From: an uncultured Methanosarcinaceae archaeon
GTDB taxonomy: Archaea > Halobacteriota > Methanosarcinia > Methanosarcinales > Methanosarcinaceae
Assembly: GCA_963847185.1 (NCBI GenBank)
Contig: CAWJYV010000008.1
Coordinates: forward strand, 32,001-96,000
DNA: 64,000 nt
Direction of reading: 5' to 3'
The notes under the pieces were generated by a model. It was not told the origin of the DNA, did no database searches, and was given only the letters and a program-made list of their open reading frames with translations. Shown here piece after piece: positions 11,231 through 22,483 of the stretch. Each line of letters starts with the position of its first letter. The first letter of the stretch is position 1. A program made the translations under genes and the position numbers.

Positions 11231-11830
11231 ATGATGATCGATCGGGAAACGCAGGTAGTTGACTGCAGATGTGGTGCGGGACTTGGCAAAGGAGGAGGAC
11301 TTGCTCAGCGAGGTACTCTCTCGGAAGCTGGCCGTGCTGAGGTCGTAGCTATTGCCATGAGTCCCGGCCAGAGACATATCACAAAACCGGTATGTGAGAT
11401 CACATACGGCATGAGGAAGGAAAACATTCAGGTCAGTGTACTGGTGCTCTACTCAGGCTCTGGAATTCCAGAGTCAGGTATGAGGACAGGGTCTTTTGTA
11501 CTGAGTCCGGTAGAAGTCTCGCAGATTGAAATGCACAAGCTGGCTGTTATCCACCTCGGAAATATCAAGGACCATGTGATCAGGAAAGCTAGGGAAATCC
11601 TGAGTCAGGCTAATATTCCGGCGATTGTAGTTAGCCAGATCCCGGTAGATTTTGAAGATTTTGCAGAAGCAGGGATTAAGACGAGATTAGTGATGCCAAG
11701 GGATGAAAATATCCGTACAAAGGGAATTGTGATGGATATGGTAAGTGGAGTTACACGAGGTGACTCTTGTCCCAGGGATAAACTAAATTTGATCGTCAAA
11801 GAAGTCAAGACTACATTAGACCATTTATAA
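11231..11830 (+). CDS. mcrC: MCR operon protein C
   Basis: VDCRCGAGLGKGGGLAQRGT, HITKPVCEIT. Confidence 0.97.
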   Translation: MMIDRETQVVDCRCGAGLGKGGGLAQRGTLSEAGRAEVVAIAMSPGQRHITKPVCEITYGMRKENIQVSVLVLYSGSGIPESGMRTGSFVLSPVEVSQIEMHKLAVIHLGNIKDHVIRKAREILSQANIPAIVVSQIPVDFEDFAEAGIKTRLVMPRDENIRTKGIVMDMVSGVTRGDSCPRDKLNLIVKEVKTTLDHL

Positions 11831-11852
11831 AATCATAAAGGAGTTGCATGAG

Positions 11853-12599
11853 ATGGCTTACGAAGCACAATATTATCCAGGCGCAACATCAGTTGGCGTT
11901 AACAGAAGAAAGCATATGTCTGGAAAACTTGAGAAACTCAGGGAAATTTCAGACGAAGACTTAACTGCAGTCCTCGGACACCGTGCCCCAGGTAGCGACT
12001 ACCCAAGCACCCACCCACCACTCGCAGAGATGGGAGAGCCTGCATGCTCAACACGTGAAAACGTTGCAGCTACACCTGGTGCAGCAGCAGGAGACAGAGT
12101 CAGGTACGTTCAGTTCGCTGACTCCATGTACAACGCTCCTGCTACCCCATACTTCAGATCATACTTCGCAGCAATCAACTTCAGAGGTGTAGACCCAGGT
12201 ACCCTTTCCGGTCGTCAGATCGTTGAAGCCCGTGAAAGAGACATGGAACAGTGCGCAAAGGTCCAGATGGAAACCGAAATGACTGACCACGCACTCGCAG
12301 GAATGCGTGGTGCAACTGTGCACGGTCACTCTGTCCGTCTCCAGGAAGACGGTGTAATGTTCGACATGCTCGACAGGAGAAGACTCGAAGGTGGCGTCAT
12401 CATTCAGGACAAGGACCAGGTTGCAATCCCACTCGACAGGAAAGTAAACCTCGGCAAGCCTATGTCCAGCGAGGAAGCCGCAAAGAGAACCACCATCTAC
12501 CGTGTGGACAATGTAGCCTTCAGGGACGATGCAGAAGTCGTTGAATGGGTACAGAGAATATTCGATGAGAGAACAATTTACGGATTCCAGCCGAAATGA
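11853..12599 (+). CDS. mcrG: Methyl-coenzyme M reductase gamma subunit
   Basis: [34 protein letters not shown]. Confidence 0.99.
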   Translation: MAYEAQYYPGATSVGVNRRKHMSGKLEKLREISDEDLTAVLGHRAPGSDYPSTHPPLAEMGEPACSTRENVAATPGAAAGDRVRYVQFADSMYNAPATPYFRSYFAAINFRGVDPGTLSGRQIVEARERDMEQCAKVQMETEMTDHALAGMRGATVHGHSVRLQEDGVMFDMLDRRRLEGGVIIQDKDQVAIPLDRKVNLGKPMSSEEAAKRTTIYRVDNVAFRDDAEVVEWVQRIFDERTIYGFQPK

Positions 12600-12609
12600 G
12601 GTGACCACA

Positions 12610-14325
12610 ATGGCAGCAGATATTTTCTCCAAATTCAAAAAATCAATGGAAGTCAAGTTCACACAGGAATTTGGTTCAAACCAGCAGAGTGGTGTAGACA
12701 TCACAGGCAAGACAGAAAAGTTCCTGAGACTTGGCCCTGAGCAGGATGCCAGGAAAGTCGAAATGATTAAAGCCGGAAAGGAGATCGCAGAAAAGAGAGG
12801 CATTGCATTCTACAACCCAATGATGCACATGGGTGCCCCACTCGGTCAGCGTGCAATTACACCTTACACCATCTCCGGAACTGACATTGTTGCAGAACCA
12901 GATGACCTGCACTACGTCAACAACGCAGCAATGCAGCAGATGTGGGACGACATCAGGAGAACCTGTATCGTCGGTCTTGACATGGCTCACGAGACACTCG
13001 AGAAGAGACTCGGTAAGGAAGTTACCCCTGAAACCATCAACCACTACCTTGAGGTTCTTAACCACGCTATGCCTGGTGCAGCAGTGGTTCAGGAAATGAT
13101 GGTCGAAACTCACCCTGCCCTTGTCGACGACTGTTACGTCAAGATCTTCACAGGTGACGACGAGCTTGCAGATGAAATTGACAACCAGTTTGTCATCAAC
13201 ATCAACAAGATGTTCAATGAGGAACAGGCAGCCCAGATTAAGGCCTCCATCGGCAAGACAACCTGGCAGGCAATCCACATCCCAACAATTGTCTCCAGAA
13301 CAACTGACGGTGCTCAGACCTCCAGATGGGCAGCCATGCAGATCGGTATGTCCTTCATCTCCGCATACGCAATGTGTGCTGGTGAAGCAGCAGTCGCTGA
13401 CCTGTCCTTCGCTGCAAAGCACGCAGCCCTTGTCTCCATGGGTGAAATGCTTCCAGCAAGGCGTGCACGTGGTCCAAACGAGCCTGGTGGACTGTCCTTC
13501 GGTCACATCTCAGACATCATCCAGACAAGCCGCACAGTGACTGACGACCCAGCAAAAGTTGCTCTTGAAGTCGTCGGCGCAGGCTGCATGCTCTACGACC
13601 AGATCTGGCTCGGATCCTACATGTCCGGTGGTGTCGGGTTCACCCAGTATGCAACAGCTGCATACACTGATGACATCCTCGACAACAACGTGTACTATGA
13701 CGTTGACTACATCAACGACAAGTACAACGGTGCTGCAACCATCGGCAAGGACAACAAAATAAAGGCAACCCTCGAAGTCGTAAAGGACATCGCAACCGAG
13801 TCCACAATCTACGGTATCGAGACCTACGAGAAATTCCCAACTGCCCTTGAAGACCACTTCGGTGGTTCCCAGAGAGCAACCGTTCTCGCAGCCGCAGCCG
13901 GTGTTGCATGTTCCCTTGCAACCGCAAACGCAAACGCTGGTCTTTCTGGCTGGTACCTCTCCATGTACCTGCACAAGGAAGCATGGGGCCGTCTCGGCTT
14001 CTTCGGATACGACCTGCAGGACCAGTGTGGTGCCACAAACGTTCTGTCCTACCAGGGCGACGAAGGTCTCCCAGACGAACTCCGTGGTCCAAACTACCCC
14101 AACTACGCAATGAACGTCGGTCACCAGGGTGGATACGCAGGTATCGCTCAGGCAGCCCACTCCGGACGTGGAGACGCATTCACCGTCAACCCACTCATCA
14201 AGGTCTGCTTCGCTGACGATCTCATGCCATTCAACTTCGCTGAGCCCAGAAGAGAGTTCGGCCGCGGTGCAATGAGAGAGTTCGTGCCTGCTGGTGAGAG
14301 AGCCCTCATCATCCCGGCAAAATAA
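12610..14325 (+). CDS. mcrA: Methyl-coenzyme M reductase alpha subunit
   Basis: MAADIF start after GAGGTGA RBS; [35 protein letters not shown]. Confidence 0.99.
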   Translation: MAADIFSKFKKSMEVKFTQEFGSNQQSGVDITGKTEKFLRLGPEQDARKVEMIKAGKEIAEKRGIAFYNPMMHMGAPLGQRAITPYTISGTDIVAEPDDLHYVNNAAMQQMWDDIRRTCIVGLDMAHETLEKRLGKEVTPETINHYLEVLNHAMPGAAVVQEMMVETHPALVDDCYVKIFTGDDELADEIDNQFVININKMFNEEQAAQIKASIGKTTWQAIHIPTIVSRTTDGAQTSRWAAMQIGMSFISAYAMCAGEAAVADLSFAAKHAALVSMGEMLPARRARGPNEPGGLSFGHISDIIQTSRTVTDDPAKVALEVVGAGCMLYDQIWLGSYMSGGVGFTQYATAAYTDDILDNNVYYDVDYINDKYNGAATIGKDNKIKATLEVVKDIATESTIYGIETYEKFPTALEDHFGGSQRATVLAAAAGVACSLATANANAGLSGWYLSMYLHKEAWGRLGFFGYDLQDQCGATNVLSYQGDEGLPDELRGPNYPNYAMNVGHQGGYAGIAQAAHSGRGDAFTVNPLIKVCFADDLMPFNFAEPRREFGRGAMREFVPAGERALIIPAK

Positions 14326-14353
14326 TCTCAATAAATTAAACACTTTAAAACAG

Positions 14354-14390
14354 AGTAGGCCTTCGGGCCTGCTTTTTGTCTCTTTTTTCT
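14354..14390 (+). terminator. mcr operon terminator: UUCG-capped hairpin followed by a T-tract
   Basis: AGTAGGCC-TTCG-GGCCTGCT then TTTTGTCTCTTTTTTCT. Confidence 0.85.
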
Positions 14391-14507
14391 TACACTCGTT
14401 TTTCTTATTATTCTTCCAGAATTAAGCTGGACGTTAAGCTTCCTACTGGCGCTTTCATGAAAAAACGGACCAATAAAGCATTTATAATAAATAACTAAAT
14501 AAAATGT

Positions 14508-15502
14508 ATGGAAAGTTGTCCAGTAATCAAAGGTTATTACCTCGTGATTGGGGGAGGTAAGATCGGTACTGACTTTCTTCGATACGCTAAGAAGAATGAA
14601 TTTCCTTTTGTGCTGGTCATTGATAGAGACGAAAATGCACCTGCTTCAAGGGAAATAAAAGTTCTTAAAACTGAAAATGAGCTTGTAAATCTTCTGAGAA
14701 ATAAGGCATTATTGGCTCTTCCTGAAGAGAAGCCTGAAATTTCCAGGGTAGAAAAAGAAAATAAACGAAAAAATGAAGGAAAAATTGAAATAGAAAATAA
14801 AGAAAAAAATAATGACTTAGAAGCTTATTTTTACAAAATGAACATGCACAATGTTCCTTCTCTTTTCACTTCCGGAATTCCTGAATATATTATTCCTGCA
14901 GTGCCCTGTCATGCAGTTGCTTATATGCTCGCAGATTTTCTAAAGTTCTTTAATCAGGAACTCAGTGCAAACGAGGTTCATGAAGAAAAAAGCCCTGTGA
15001 AAGAGCTTTTCATAAAACCTGAAGATTCCCAACTCAGGTCTTTTTTTGAAGATATGCCGCTGCTTTTCCTGAAGATGTTATAGCAGGCCGCTATCCTGAA
15101 CAGGGTATGCTGTTTTTTTCTTATGCAAAGGAAGGAGAAATCTGTCCTGACGGCTGCCCTGGTCCAAGAGACCGCTGCCCGACCTTTGGGCGGAAAAAAC
15201 CGGAAACAATTACGGAATATACAGGGAAACTTGTAGATAAGTTCCCGGGCTGGGTTTTTGAGAGCCACCAAATGAAGCCTGGCATAGGAGGTCTGAAAGG
15301 AGAAGAGTTAAAGCAAAACTTGCTGGAAATCATGGAGTTTGTAAAAAAAGTTCAGGAAAATAAGAATGGAGATAAAGATAGAGATAAAAGTAGAACTGAA
15401 GATGATGGTGGAAATAAAGCTGAGAAAATAGGAGAAAGGGCTTTTTTCATTTCAACTACGTGCACCTGTCATGGAGTCTTGAATCTTTTTCATGTTACCT
15501 GA
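14508..15502 (+). pseudogene. Frameshifted Rossmann-fold protein with Cys-rich C-terminal domain (uncharacterised)
   Basis: VIGGGKIG and IIPAVPCH in 14508-15083; the second frame is open from 15050 (AAAFPEDVIAGRYPEQG..ICPDGCPGPRDRCP..TCTCHGV); one base missing near 15055. Confidence 0.7.
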
Positions 15503-15761
15503 TGATATTTTTTGGATTGACTTTCCATTATAGTAATCCTATGTTTTGTGCATCAAAGCATGTTTACCATAACCTCACTGAATTGCAAAAAATATGACGT
15601 AATTTGAAAGCGGTTTTGAAATTAACATCAACCAACTAATAGTTCATGACTGGCTTTTTCATAATGGCATAAATTCCAGCATTGGATAATGGTTCCCATC
15701 TTTTAATTGGATGAGGGCCGTTAAACAATATTCCTCTCCATTCTAAGCTCATAATTCTTCT

Positions 15762-16742
15762 TCAAATCACGACAACTTTCTTGCCTAATTTGCCTGCGGC
15801 TTCCACAAATTCTGTTGTATCTACACCAGGAAATGCATCTATAATGCAAATATCAAATTTTTCATCTAAACAATTCACTAATTCTCTTATATCCATACTA
15901 TAAACTTCGAATTTATCTCCGGATGCTATTAATTCTTCTTCACTGTCTGAAAGTTTGACTGGAAATCCATTAGCTTCTAAATTAATCAAAGTAGCTTCTA
16001 TTGCAGGATTCCATATATCATTAAAAACAACTTTTCGCGCACCGGCTTTAAGGCATGCGATTCCTAAAGTCCCAGGACCACATGTACAATCAAGAACAGT
16101 AGGCCTCTCATACTCTTTCAAAGCTTTTTCAAGTATCTCTATTTTGGGCGATTCTATCTTTGGAAACTCTATATGAATTTCATGCTGATATTTACATATT
16201 CCTAAAGCACCGTAAGGAGTCTGTATAATATCACATCTTAAATCGCATCCAGCAAGAAGTTCATATACATGAGGATTAGAATCAGAATCTTTTATACCTA
16301 CAGTTTTTCTTATATCTCCCTTTAAAACTCCTTTAACTTCCCCCACTTCCTTTACAATTGTTTCAGCACATATTTTATCTACTTCATTAGATAATATTAC
16401 CAAAGAATCCTTAGGCAAATAGGGAATAGAATTAGTTGGATAGCCAGGAGTCACAAGAGGAACACATGCATTCCTTAAATTAGCTTTTTTATCTTTTATT
16501 CCTTCATCCATCATTACTTTTAGCACATGAGATATTACAGTATCAAGATGCCTCTTACCGCATTTACAACTTCCAAAATGGTTATCTATTTCATCTAAGT
16601 TAATCTGTTCTGCCAGAGGAGAGAATTTCTTTATTTTTTCTGCTTTGCAATCATTGCATGGTTTGTAGAACAATTCAATGTCTTTTAGTGCCTCCGAAAT
16701 AGGCCTTATGCACGTATCTCCACACCTGCACCTTATTTCCAT
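15762..16742 (-). CDS. mcmA: SAM-dependent methyltransferase, probable MCR cysteine S-methyltransferase McmA
   Basis: VLDCTCGPGTLG SAM-binding motif, Cys-rich N-terminus; convergent on mcrA and next to aroA as in M. acetivorans. Confidence 0.8.
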   Translation of the reverse strand: MEIRCRCGDTCIRPISEALKDIELFYKPCNDCKAEKIKKFSPLAEQINLDEIDNHFGSCKCGKRHLDTVISHVLKVMMDEGIKDKKANLRNACVPLVTPGYPTNSIPYLPKDSLVILSNEVDKICAETIVKEVGEVKGVLKGDIRKTVGIKDSDSNPHVYELLAGCDLRCDIIQTPYGALGICKYQHEIHIEFPKIESPKIEILEKALKEYERPTVLDCTCGPGTLGIACLKAGARKVVFNDIWNPAIEATLINLEANGFPVKLSDSEEELIASGDKFEVYSMDIRELVNCLDEKFDICIIDAFPGVDTTEFVEAAGKLGKKVVVI

Positions 16743-16973
16743 AGGTTAAATATGGAATTTTGTGTTAAAGTACTATTCTATTTCTTTTTATTCCTGAATT
16801 TTTTCAGATTCGTTTAGACGGTAAATGATTTCTTTGATCGATTGGATGTTAGTTCAAAAAAGAAAATACTGAGAGTCTGAGGATTCATCTCATTATCAAT
16901 TATCAAAGCTAAATAAAATCTGTATTTAATCTGCATCTAATCTGCACTTAGAAATCCAGATTGTTTTTTCAAT

Positions 16974-18266
16974 TTATTCTTCTGAGATTGTTTCAATCTT
17001 TACCCCAAGCCTGGACATATCTTTAAAGAAGTCAGGGTAAGAGATTGCTACAGATTCAGTCGTGTCAACTGTCGTATTTCCTGCTATCATTCCTGCCAGT
17101 GCAAGGGACATGACAATTCTGTGGTCATCCCAGCCGTGAACTGCTGCTCCTTTCAGTTTTCCTCCAGTAATGGTCAGGCTGTCTTTCTCTTCTTTAAGCT
17201 GGACTCCAAGCTTTGGAAGTTCGGTTGCTAGGGCGCGAAGCCGATCAGTTTCTTTATATCGGACATGTTCGGCATTTTCTATCCTGCTTGTACCTTCAGC
17301 AACTGCAGCCAGGACAGCGACAGTAGGGACAAGATCAGGAGTTGCTCCGGCATCAAAGGTTATCGCTTTTAATTTTCTTCCTCCTCTGACAGTTACGATA
17401 CCGGCATCTCTGTCCCATACAATATCTGCTCCCATTTGCTTCAAAGTCTCAATGATAACTTTATCACCTTGCTCTGAAGGGAAGAGGTTTTTAACAGTAA
17501 CTTCGGATCCATCTGTTATAGCTGCAGCTGCGAGCAGGTAAGATGCAGAGGAAAAATCACCTGGAATAGTGTACTCTTTAAGATCGTATTTCTGTTTTCC
17601 AGGAATAATGAATTTGGTGCCGTTATTATCATCTGTATGGATTTTTACTCCTGCAAGTTCAAGCATCTCAATGGTTACGTCTACATAAGGTCTTGACTTC
17701 AGTTTTCCTATAATTGAAAGTATTGTGCTGTTCTCTGCAAGAGGGCAGGCTATAAGAAGGGCGGAAATAAACTGCGAACTGATGGACCCGTCAATGCTCA
17801 CTTCCTTTCCTTCAAGTCCTCCTTTAACAACAAGAGGAGCTTTCTCGTTTCCTCGGGTAGAACAGACACTTGCTCCCAACTGGTTGAGGACTTTGAGAAG
17901 AGGACCATTTGGCCGGGTTCGAAGGGAAGAATCTCCTGTAAGCACTGTAATCCCATCAGTAAGAGCTGCTATTGCAGTCATGAAGCGAAGGGTTGTTCCT
18001 GAGTTTGCAGCATCAATTACATTGTCAGGAACATAGGGTTTTCCGTTAACTCCGTGAACGATGAGCCTGTCTTCTTTACTTTCAATCGAAGCTCCGAATA
18101 GCTGGGAAGCCCGGATTGTAGCCAGAGTATCGGCTGAGAGCAGAGGGCGATAGATGATCGATTCTCTTGAAAGGGCTGCAAGGGTTATGGCCCTGTGGGT
18201 GTAACTTTTTGAAGGTGGGGCAAAGACTTCCCCTTTGACTGAGGATTTGCTAATAGAGACACGCAT
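16974..18266 (-). CDS. aroA: 3-phosphoshikimate 1-carboxyvinyltransferase
   Basis: PPSKSYTHRA, NSGTTLRF, SSQFISALL, KETDRL, DDHRIVM. Confidence 0.97.
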   Translation of the reverse strand: MRVSISKSSVKGEVFAPPSKSYTHRAITLAALSRESIIYRPLLSADTLATIRASQLFGASIESKEDRLIVHGVNGKPYVPDNVIDAANSGTTLRFMTAIAALTDGITVLTGDSSLRTRPNGPLLKVLNQLGASVCSTRGNEKAPLVVKGGLEGKEVSIDGSISSQFISALLIACPLAENSTILSIIGKLKSRPYVDVTIEMLELAGVKIHTDDNNGTKFIIPGKQKYDLKEYTIPGDFSSASYLLAAAAITDGSEVTVKNLFPSEQGDKVIIETLKQMGADIVWDRDAGIVTVRGGRKLKAITFDAGATPDLVPTVAVLAAVAEGTSRIENAEHVRYKETDRLRALATELPKLGVQLKEEKDSLTITGGKLKGAAVHGWDDHRIVMSLALAGMIAGNTTVDTTESVAISYPDFFKDMSRLGVKIETISEE

Positions 18267-18352
18267 GTGTATCAGAGCTCACTTATTTTTTATTTCTGGA
18301 CTCTTTTGTGGGGATCACTTACTTGCTTTTCGCTTTGCATAGTTAGAAGTAC

Positions 18353-19006
18353 TTAGTTCTTACCTCTTACAATATCTTCTACCATGTCCCAATCATGGTC
18401 ATAAACATGGGCTGAAATACTAATAGTAGTTATGGTTCCTGGTTTTTCGTCTATTCTATCGGCTACATATTCAAGGAGTTTTGAGAGCCCATAGAGATTT
18501 GCAGGGTAAGCTCCCCCAAAATCGTGGCTTCTGAAGAGAGTGGTGAGATGTACTTTCCCATCCCTGATCTTGAAATCGTCCAGCATCATGCAGGGAACCT
18601 CACCTACTTTCGTGTCTACAGGCGGGATCCAGGTGATGGCTATTGCTCGTCTGGAGGTGGGGTTTTCCTGCAATTTTTCGATTACGTACTCAATCTGGTC
18701 TACTTTTCCATTCCAGTTCCGAAGACGCTGTCCATACGTGTACTCGAAATCCTGTACGTTTTCTCCCGAGATCAGCTGTTTTGCGTACTCTTCAAGCCTT
18801 TCTTCATTCCAGGCAGTATCTTCGGGAATTCTGTTAGTAAAGGGATCCTCTATTACTACCATTAAGTCCATAAATTCCCTTATCTGGTTTCCTCTCTCAT
18901 CGGTAATTATCTGCCCGTGATTCCAGATTACGTTAAGCCCGCGGTACCACGCATCAGAAATATTCTTTGCCCTGATGATCCTGCCAATTTCGAACTTGCT
19001 TTCCAT
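18353..19006 (-). CDS. thyA: Archaeal-type thymidylate synthase
   Basis: YTYGQRL, SRRAIA, VPC catalytic Cys, FRSHD, SAHVY. Confidence 0.92.
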   Translation of the reverse strand: MESKFEIGRIIRAKNISDAWYRGLNVIWNHGQIITDERGNQIREFMDLMVVIEDPFTNRIPEDTAWNEERLEEYAKQLISGENVQDFEYTYGQRLRNWNGKVDQIEYVIEKLQENPTSRRAIAITWIPPVDTKVGEVPCMMLDDFKIRDGKVHLTTLFRSHDFGGAYPANLYGLSKLLEYVADRIDEKPGTITTISISAHVYDHDWDMVEDIVRGKN

Positions 19007-19399
19007 TGAAAATTTCCCCTCAAATTTAGGCCAGGTTATGGACAATTTATATCAGCTAATTTTTTTCTCCTGAGTCTATTTTTGTGCTTACTTTTTATCT
19101 ATTACTTTCTTTTATAAGTGTTCTCTCCAGCATAAGTATTAAACTTCTATGTTCATTGTTAGCATATAACACACTCCTTTAATATAATTTCGGATAAGGG
19201 TGAATCGTGTGAAGAGAACGGAGAAACACTTGGGATATAATATTAATAAAATTAATAAAAAGAGCCTGAAGAAACTAAATTTATTAAAAAAGGTTCAATA
19301 AAGTTAAATTCGCTAAAAAATTTCCATAATAAATTACTAAAAAAGCTTAACAAAGCAAAATTAAAGAGAAGTAAAGGAGTAATAGGTCTGAGAATATTC

Positions 19400-20260
19400 T
19401 CAGAACCTCATAGCCCTCAGGCGTTTGACTCTCTCCTCGGTTACCGGGTGAGTCCTGAAGAGAGACTGGATCGACCCTCCTTTGAGAGGGTTAACGATAA
19501 ACATGTGGGCACTGCTTTCCTTTGCCTGAACATCTGATATTTTTGGCTGATAGTGAGAGTTTCCATATTCGAGTTTTTCAAGAGCACTGGCAAGAGCCCA
19601 GGGTTTTCTACAAATCGCGGCTCCTTCTGCATCGGCTGCAAACTCTCTTGATCTTGAGATTGCAAGCTGGATAAGAGTTGCAGCGATAGGTGCTACAATG
19701 GCCATTGCAATAAGGCCTATAATTCCGCCATTATCATCATCTCTGCTGCCAAATCCACCAAAAATTGCAGCCCACTGAGCCATACTGGCCAGCATTGTGA
19801 CAACACCTGCAAGGGTTGCAGCTACAGCACTTATCAGGGTATCCCTGTTTTTTACGTGTGCAAGCTCGTGTGCCAGAACGCCTTCCATCTCTTCATAAGA
19901 GAGCAGCTCAAGAATTCCGGTTGTTGCAGCTACAGCTGCATGTTTTGGATCTCTGCCGGTTGCAAAGGCATTGGGCATCGCAGACTCTACAATATATACT
20001 TTGGGTTTAGGTATTCGTGCCTTCATAACGAGTCCATCAACGATCCTGTGCAGGTTTTGGGCTTCCGCAGGGGAAACTTCCTTTGCCCTGTACATCTTGA
20101 GGACTATTTTGTCACTGTACCAGTAACTTCCAAAGTTCAGAATTACTGCAAACAGGAATGCGATGATCATTCCACTTGGACCACCAATCTTGCCTCCTAT
20201 CAGAATCAGGAGACCTGTAAGGGCAGCAAGCAAAACTGTAGTTTTAAGCATGTTCTTCAT
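19400..20260 (-). CDS. htpX: Zinc metalloprotease HtpX
   Basis: [25 protein letters not shown]. Confidence 0.96.
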   Translation of the reverse strand: MKNMLKTTVLLAALTGLLILIGGKIGGPSGMIIAFLFAVILNFGSYWYSDKIVLKMYRAKEVSPAEAQNLHRIVDGLVMKARIPKPKVYIVESAMPNAFATGRDPKHAAVAATTGILELLSYEEMEGVLAHELAHVKNRDTLISAVAATLAGVVTMLASMAQWAAIFGGFGSRDDDNGGIIGLIAMAIVAPIAATLIQLAISRSREFAADAEGAAICRKPWALASALEKLEYGNSHYQPKISDVQAKESSAHMFIVNPLKGGSIQSLFRTHPVTEERVKRLRAMRF

Positions 20261-20721
20261 GACTTCTCACGTGACGTCCTCCCAGGCTAACGTCTGGGTT
20301 TTCAGTCTTTGATTCTTATTTTTGGACTCATTTTTATAAATTAGACCGATTAGAATCAAATGTATATATCCGAAATACAGATATATATTTTTTCTCTTGC
20401 ATAAAGCAGGTTGGTACAATTGTGCCATTTCGATTTCCGTATTTACCTGTATCAACCTAAAATTCTACCAAAACGGAAATTTATTCTCAAATGGGAAAAT
20501 TTCATTCAAGAAATTCTATTTTTTTCCTCGAATATCTCCTTATTTAAGCTCCATCAATAACTAATATTTCTGTTTTGGTATATTTACATTTGCACATTTT
20601 AGTATTGATTTAGTTAGAAATCAAACTATTATTGTAACTTTAAGTATATCTATTTATTGAAAGACATCTCTCGTTGAGCTTGTTTATTTAGTAAATGAAG
20701 ACAGATGACTAAGAATGTAAT

Positions 20722-21633
20722 TTATATTGCTCCGTCGTCAAAATAATCCGTGTCCATCTTTTTAACATCGTAAGACTTTACTTTCGAAACTCCCACATCA
20801 TACTCAATCATCAGCCTTGCAAGCATTTCCCCATCAATCAAAACAATGTTTCCTGTGATATCGGCATATTCAATAGCTTCTTTCGAAAAATTCGAGGTCG
20901 TTATGAAAACTCCTTTTTTAGCCTTCTTTCCTATTAGAGCTCCAGCGAATTTCTGGATTTCAGGTCTCGTGACCGTACCTTCCCACCTTTTTGCTTGGAT
21001 ATAGATTACATCAAGTCCAAGTCTGTCTTCTTTTATGATACCGTCAATGCCACCATCGTGGCTTTTTCCGACTGCTTTTCCTGCATCTGTCCTTGAACCT
21101 CCATACCCCATTTTTGTCAGAACATCAACTACCAGTGATTCAAAGAAAATAGGAGAGCATTTTTTAGTGGTAGAAAGAATTTCTGAAACAAGCTCATTGT
21201 GAAGCTGCTGGTAGGAGAGTTCTAGATTTTCTCCTGGATCTAGCTCTTCATTTTTGTTGCCTTTTTCTAACTCGACAGGTTCAGCTTGTTTCCCTCGACG
21301 AAATTCGTTAAACTCTTCGTATCGCGTTAAAAAATTAACATCTATTGATATAATATCCTCTCTCAATACAGCCATTCCTTTTTGAGTAATGGAAAAGTAT
21401 CCCTTTTTTCCGGAATTAAGTAAACCAGCTTTTTTAAGATAAGTGCTAGCCCATCCTACTCTATTTTTAAAAACAGCTTGCTGACCGCTTGGCAGTAGTT
21501 CTTTTCTTTCTTCTTCACTTAGCCTGAATTCTTCAGCTAATTTTTCTACTGCATCACGTATTCTATGTTCTTTGCCGTCTCCTGCATATTTTAGCAAAGG
21601 AAACATTACGGATTGATAATCTGGAATTACCAT
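20722..21633 (-). CDS. mrr: Mrr-family type IV restriction endonuclease
   Basis: IPDYQSVMFPLL N-domain, NRVGWA, DGGIDG...IQAKRW, GVFITTS. Confidence 0.93.
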   Translation of the reverse strand: MVIPDYQSVMFPLLKYAGDGKEHRIRDAVEKLAEEFRLSEEERKELLPSGQQAVFKNRVGWASTYLKKAGLLNSGKKGYFSITQKGMAVLREDIISIDVNFLTRYEEFNEFRRGKQAEPVELEKGNKNEELDPGENLELSYQQLHNELVSEILSTTKKCSPIFFESLVVDVLTKMGYGGSRTDAGKAVGKSHDGGIDGIIKEDRLGLDVIYIQAKRWEGTVTRPEIQKFAGALIGKKAKKGVFITTSNFSKEAIEYADITGNIVLIDGEMLARLMIEYDVGVSKVKSYDVKKMDTDYFDDGAI

Positions 21634-21708
21634 TAAATCACTCAAAATCTGGATTGACTATGTTAAGAACTTTGAGTGGCTTTCTTTTTATTGTTTACTA
21701 TTTTTACT

Positions 21709-22257
21709 CTATTGTTCTCCAACTTTATACTCCAACCTCACAAGCCCATTTTCATACCTTTCAACCCTTTCATTCCTGAGTTTAATCTCTTTTCCAATGT
21801 GATCAAACAAGGGAATTCCACTCCCAAGAATTATGGGAACAACAAAAACAATCATATCCTGCACAAGGTTTTCTTCGAGAAACGCCTTAATAAGCTGTGA
21901 GCCTCCGACGAGCCAGATATCCTTTTCAGTATTTTCCTTTAGCTGGCTCACAAATTCCCCTATGTTCCCGGAAATGAATTCTACGTTTTTTTCGCGCTGC
22001 AGGAGTTCTTTTTGTCTGGTAAATACGTATGCTTTTTTCTCGCCGTAGGGCCAGTCTCCGAACCCAAGAACCTGTTCATAGGTTTTTCTGCCCATAAGTA
22101 CTGTGCCGATTGATTCATAAAATTCTGAATAACCATAGTCTGTTTCAGGGTTATTTTCATATTGTGTTAACCAATCTATACTGCCGTCTTCTTGGGCTAT
22201 GAAGCAGTCGAGGCTGCAGGCGATGTAGAGCTTTATTCTGGGCGTGTCTTTTGTCAC
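21709..22257 (-). CDS. Dihydrofolate reductase family (RibD C-terminal domain) protein
   Basis: IACSLDCFIA..DG, MGRKTYE, IWLVGG, PIILGSGIPLF. Confidence 0.9.
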   Translation of the reverse strand: MTKDTPRIKLYIACSLDCFIAQEDGSIDWLTQYENNPETDYGYSEFYESIGTVLMGRKTYEQVLGFGDWPYGEKKAYVFTRQKELLQREKNVEFISGNIGEFVSQLKENTEKDIWLVGGSQLIKAFLEENLVQDMIVFVVPIILGSGIPLFDHIGKEIKLRNERVERYENGLVRLEYKVGEQ

Positions 22258-22483
22258 TGTTTCACTCCCCTATTTAGTGATTATTTCATGTTTTTATCTG
22301 CTTTTTGCCTTTTTATGTTGATTTCGCTCTTATTTGTTATTTCGGTGTTTTATATTTCAGGCCTTTCGCAAGCGAACGGGACAGAGATCAAATACCCAAA
22401 GAATGATCTCCTGCAAAGATGCTTTCCTGCAAAAATCAGCAGATCCAAACCTTTATACCTTTTCCATTCCCAAAAATCCGTCT

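Noticed and set aside
12159-14343. Long antisense and alternate-frame ORFs over mcrG/mcrA
   Set aside because: Expected shadows of strong codon bias in highly expressed genes; no motifs or RBS
15041-15049. Programmed -1 frameshift at the T7 run
   Set aside because: The shifted frame hits TGA at 15047 immediately, so the lesion is further downstream
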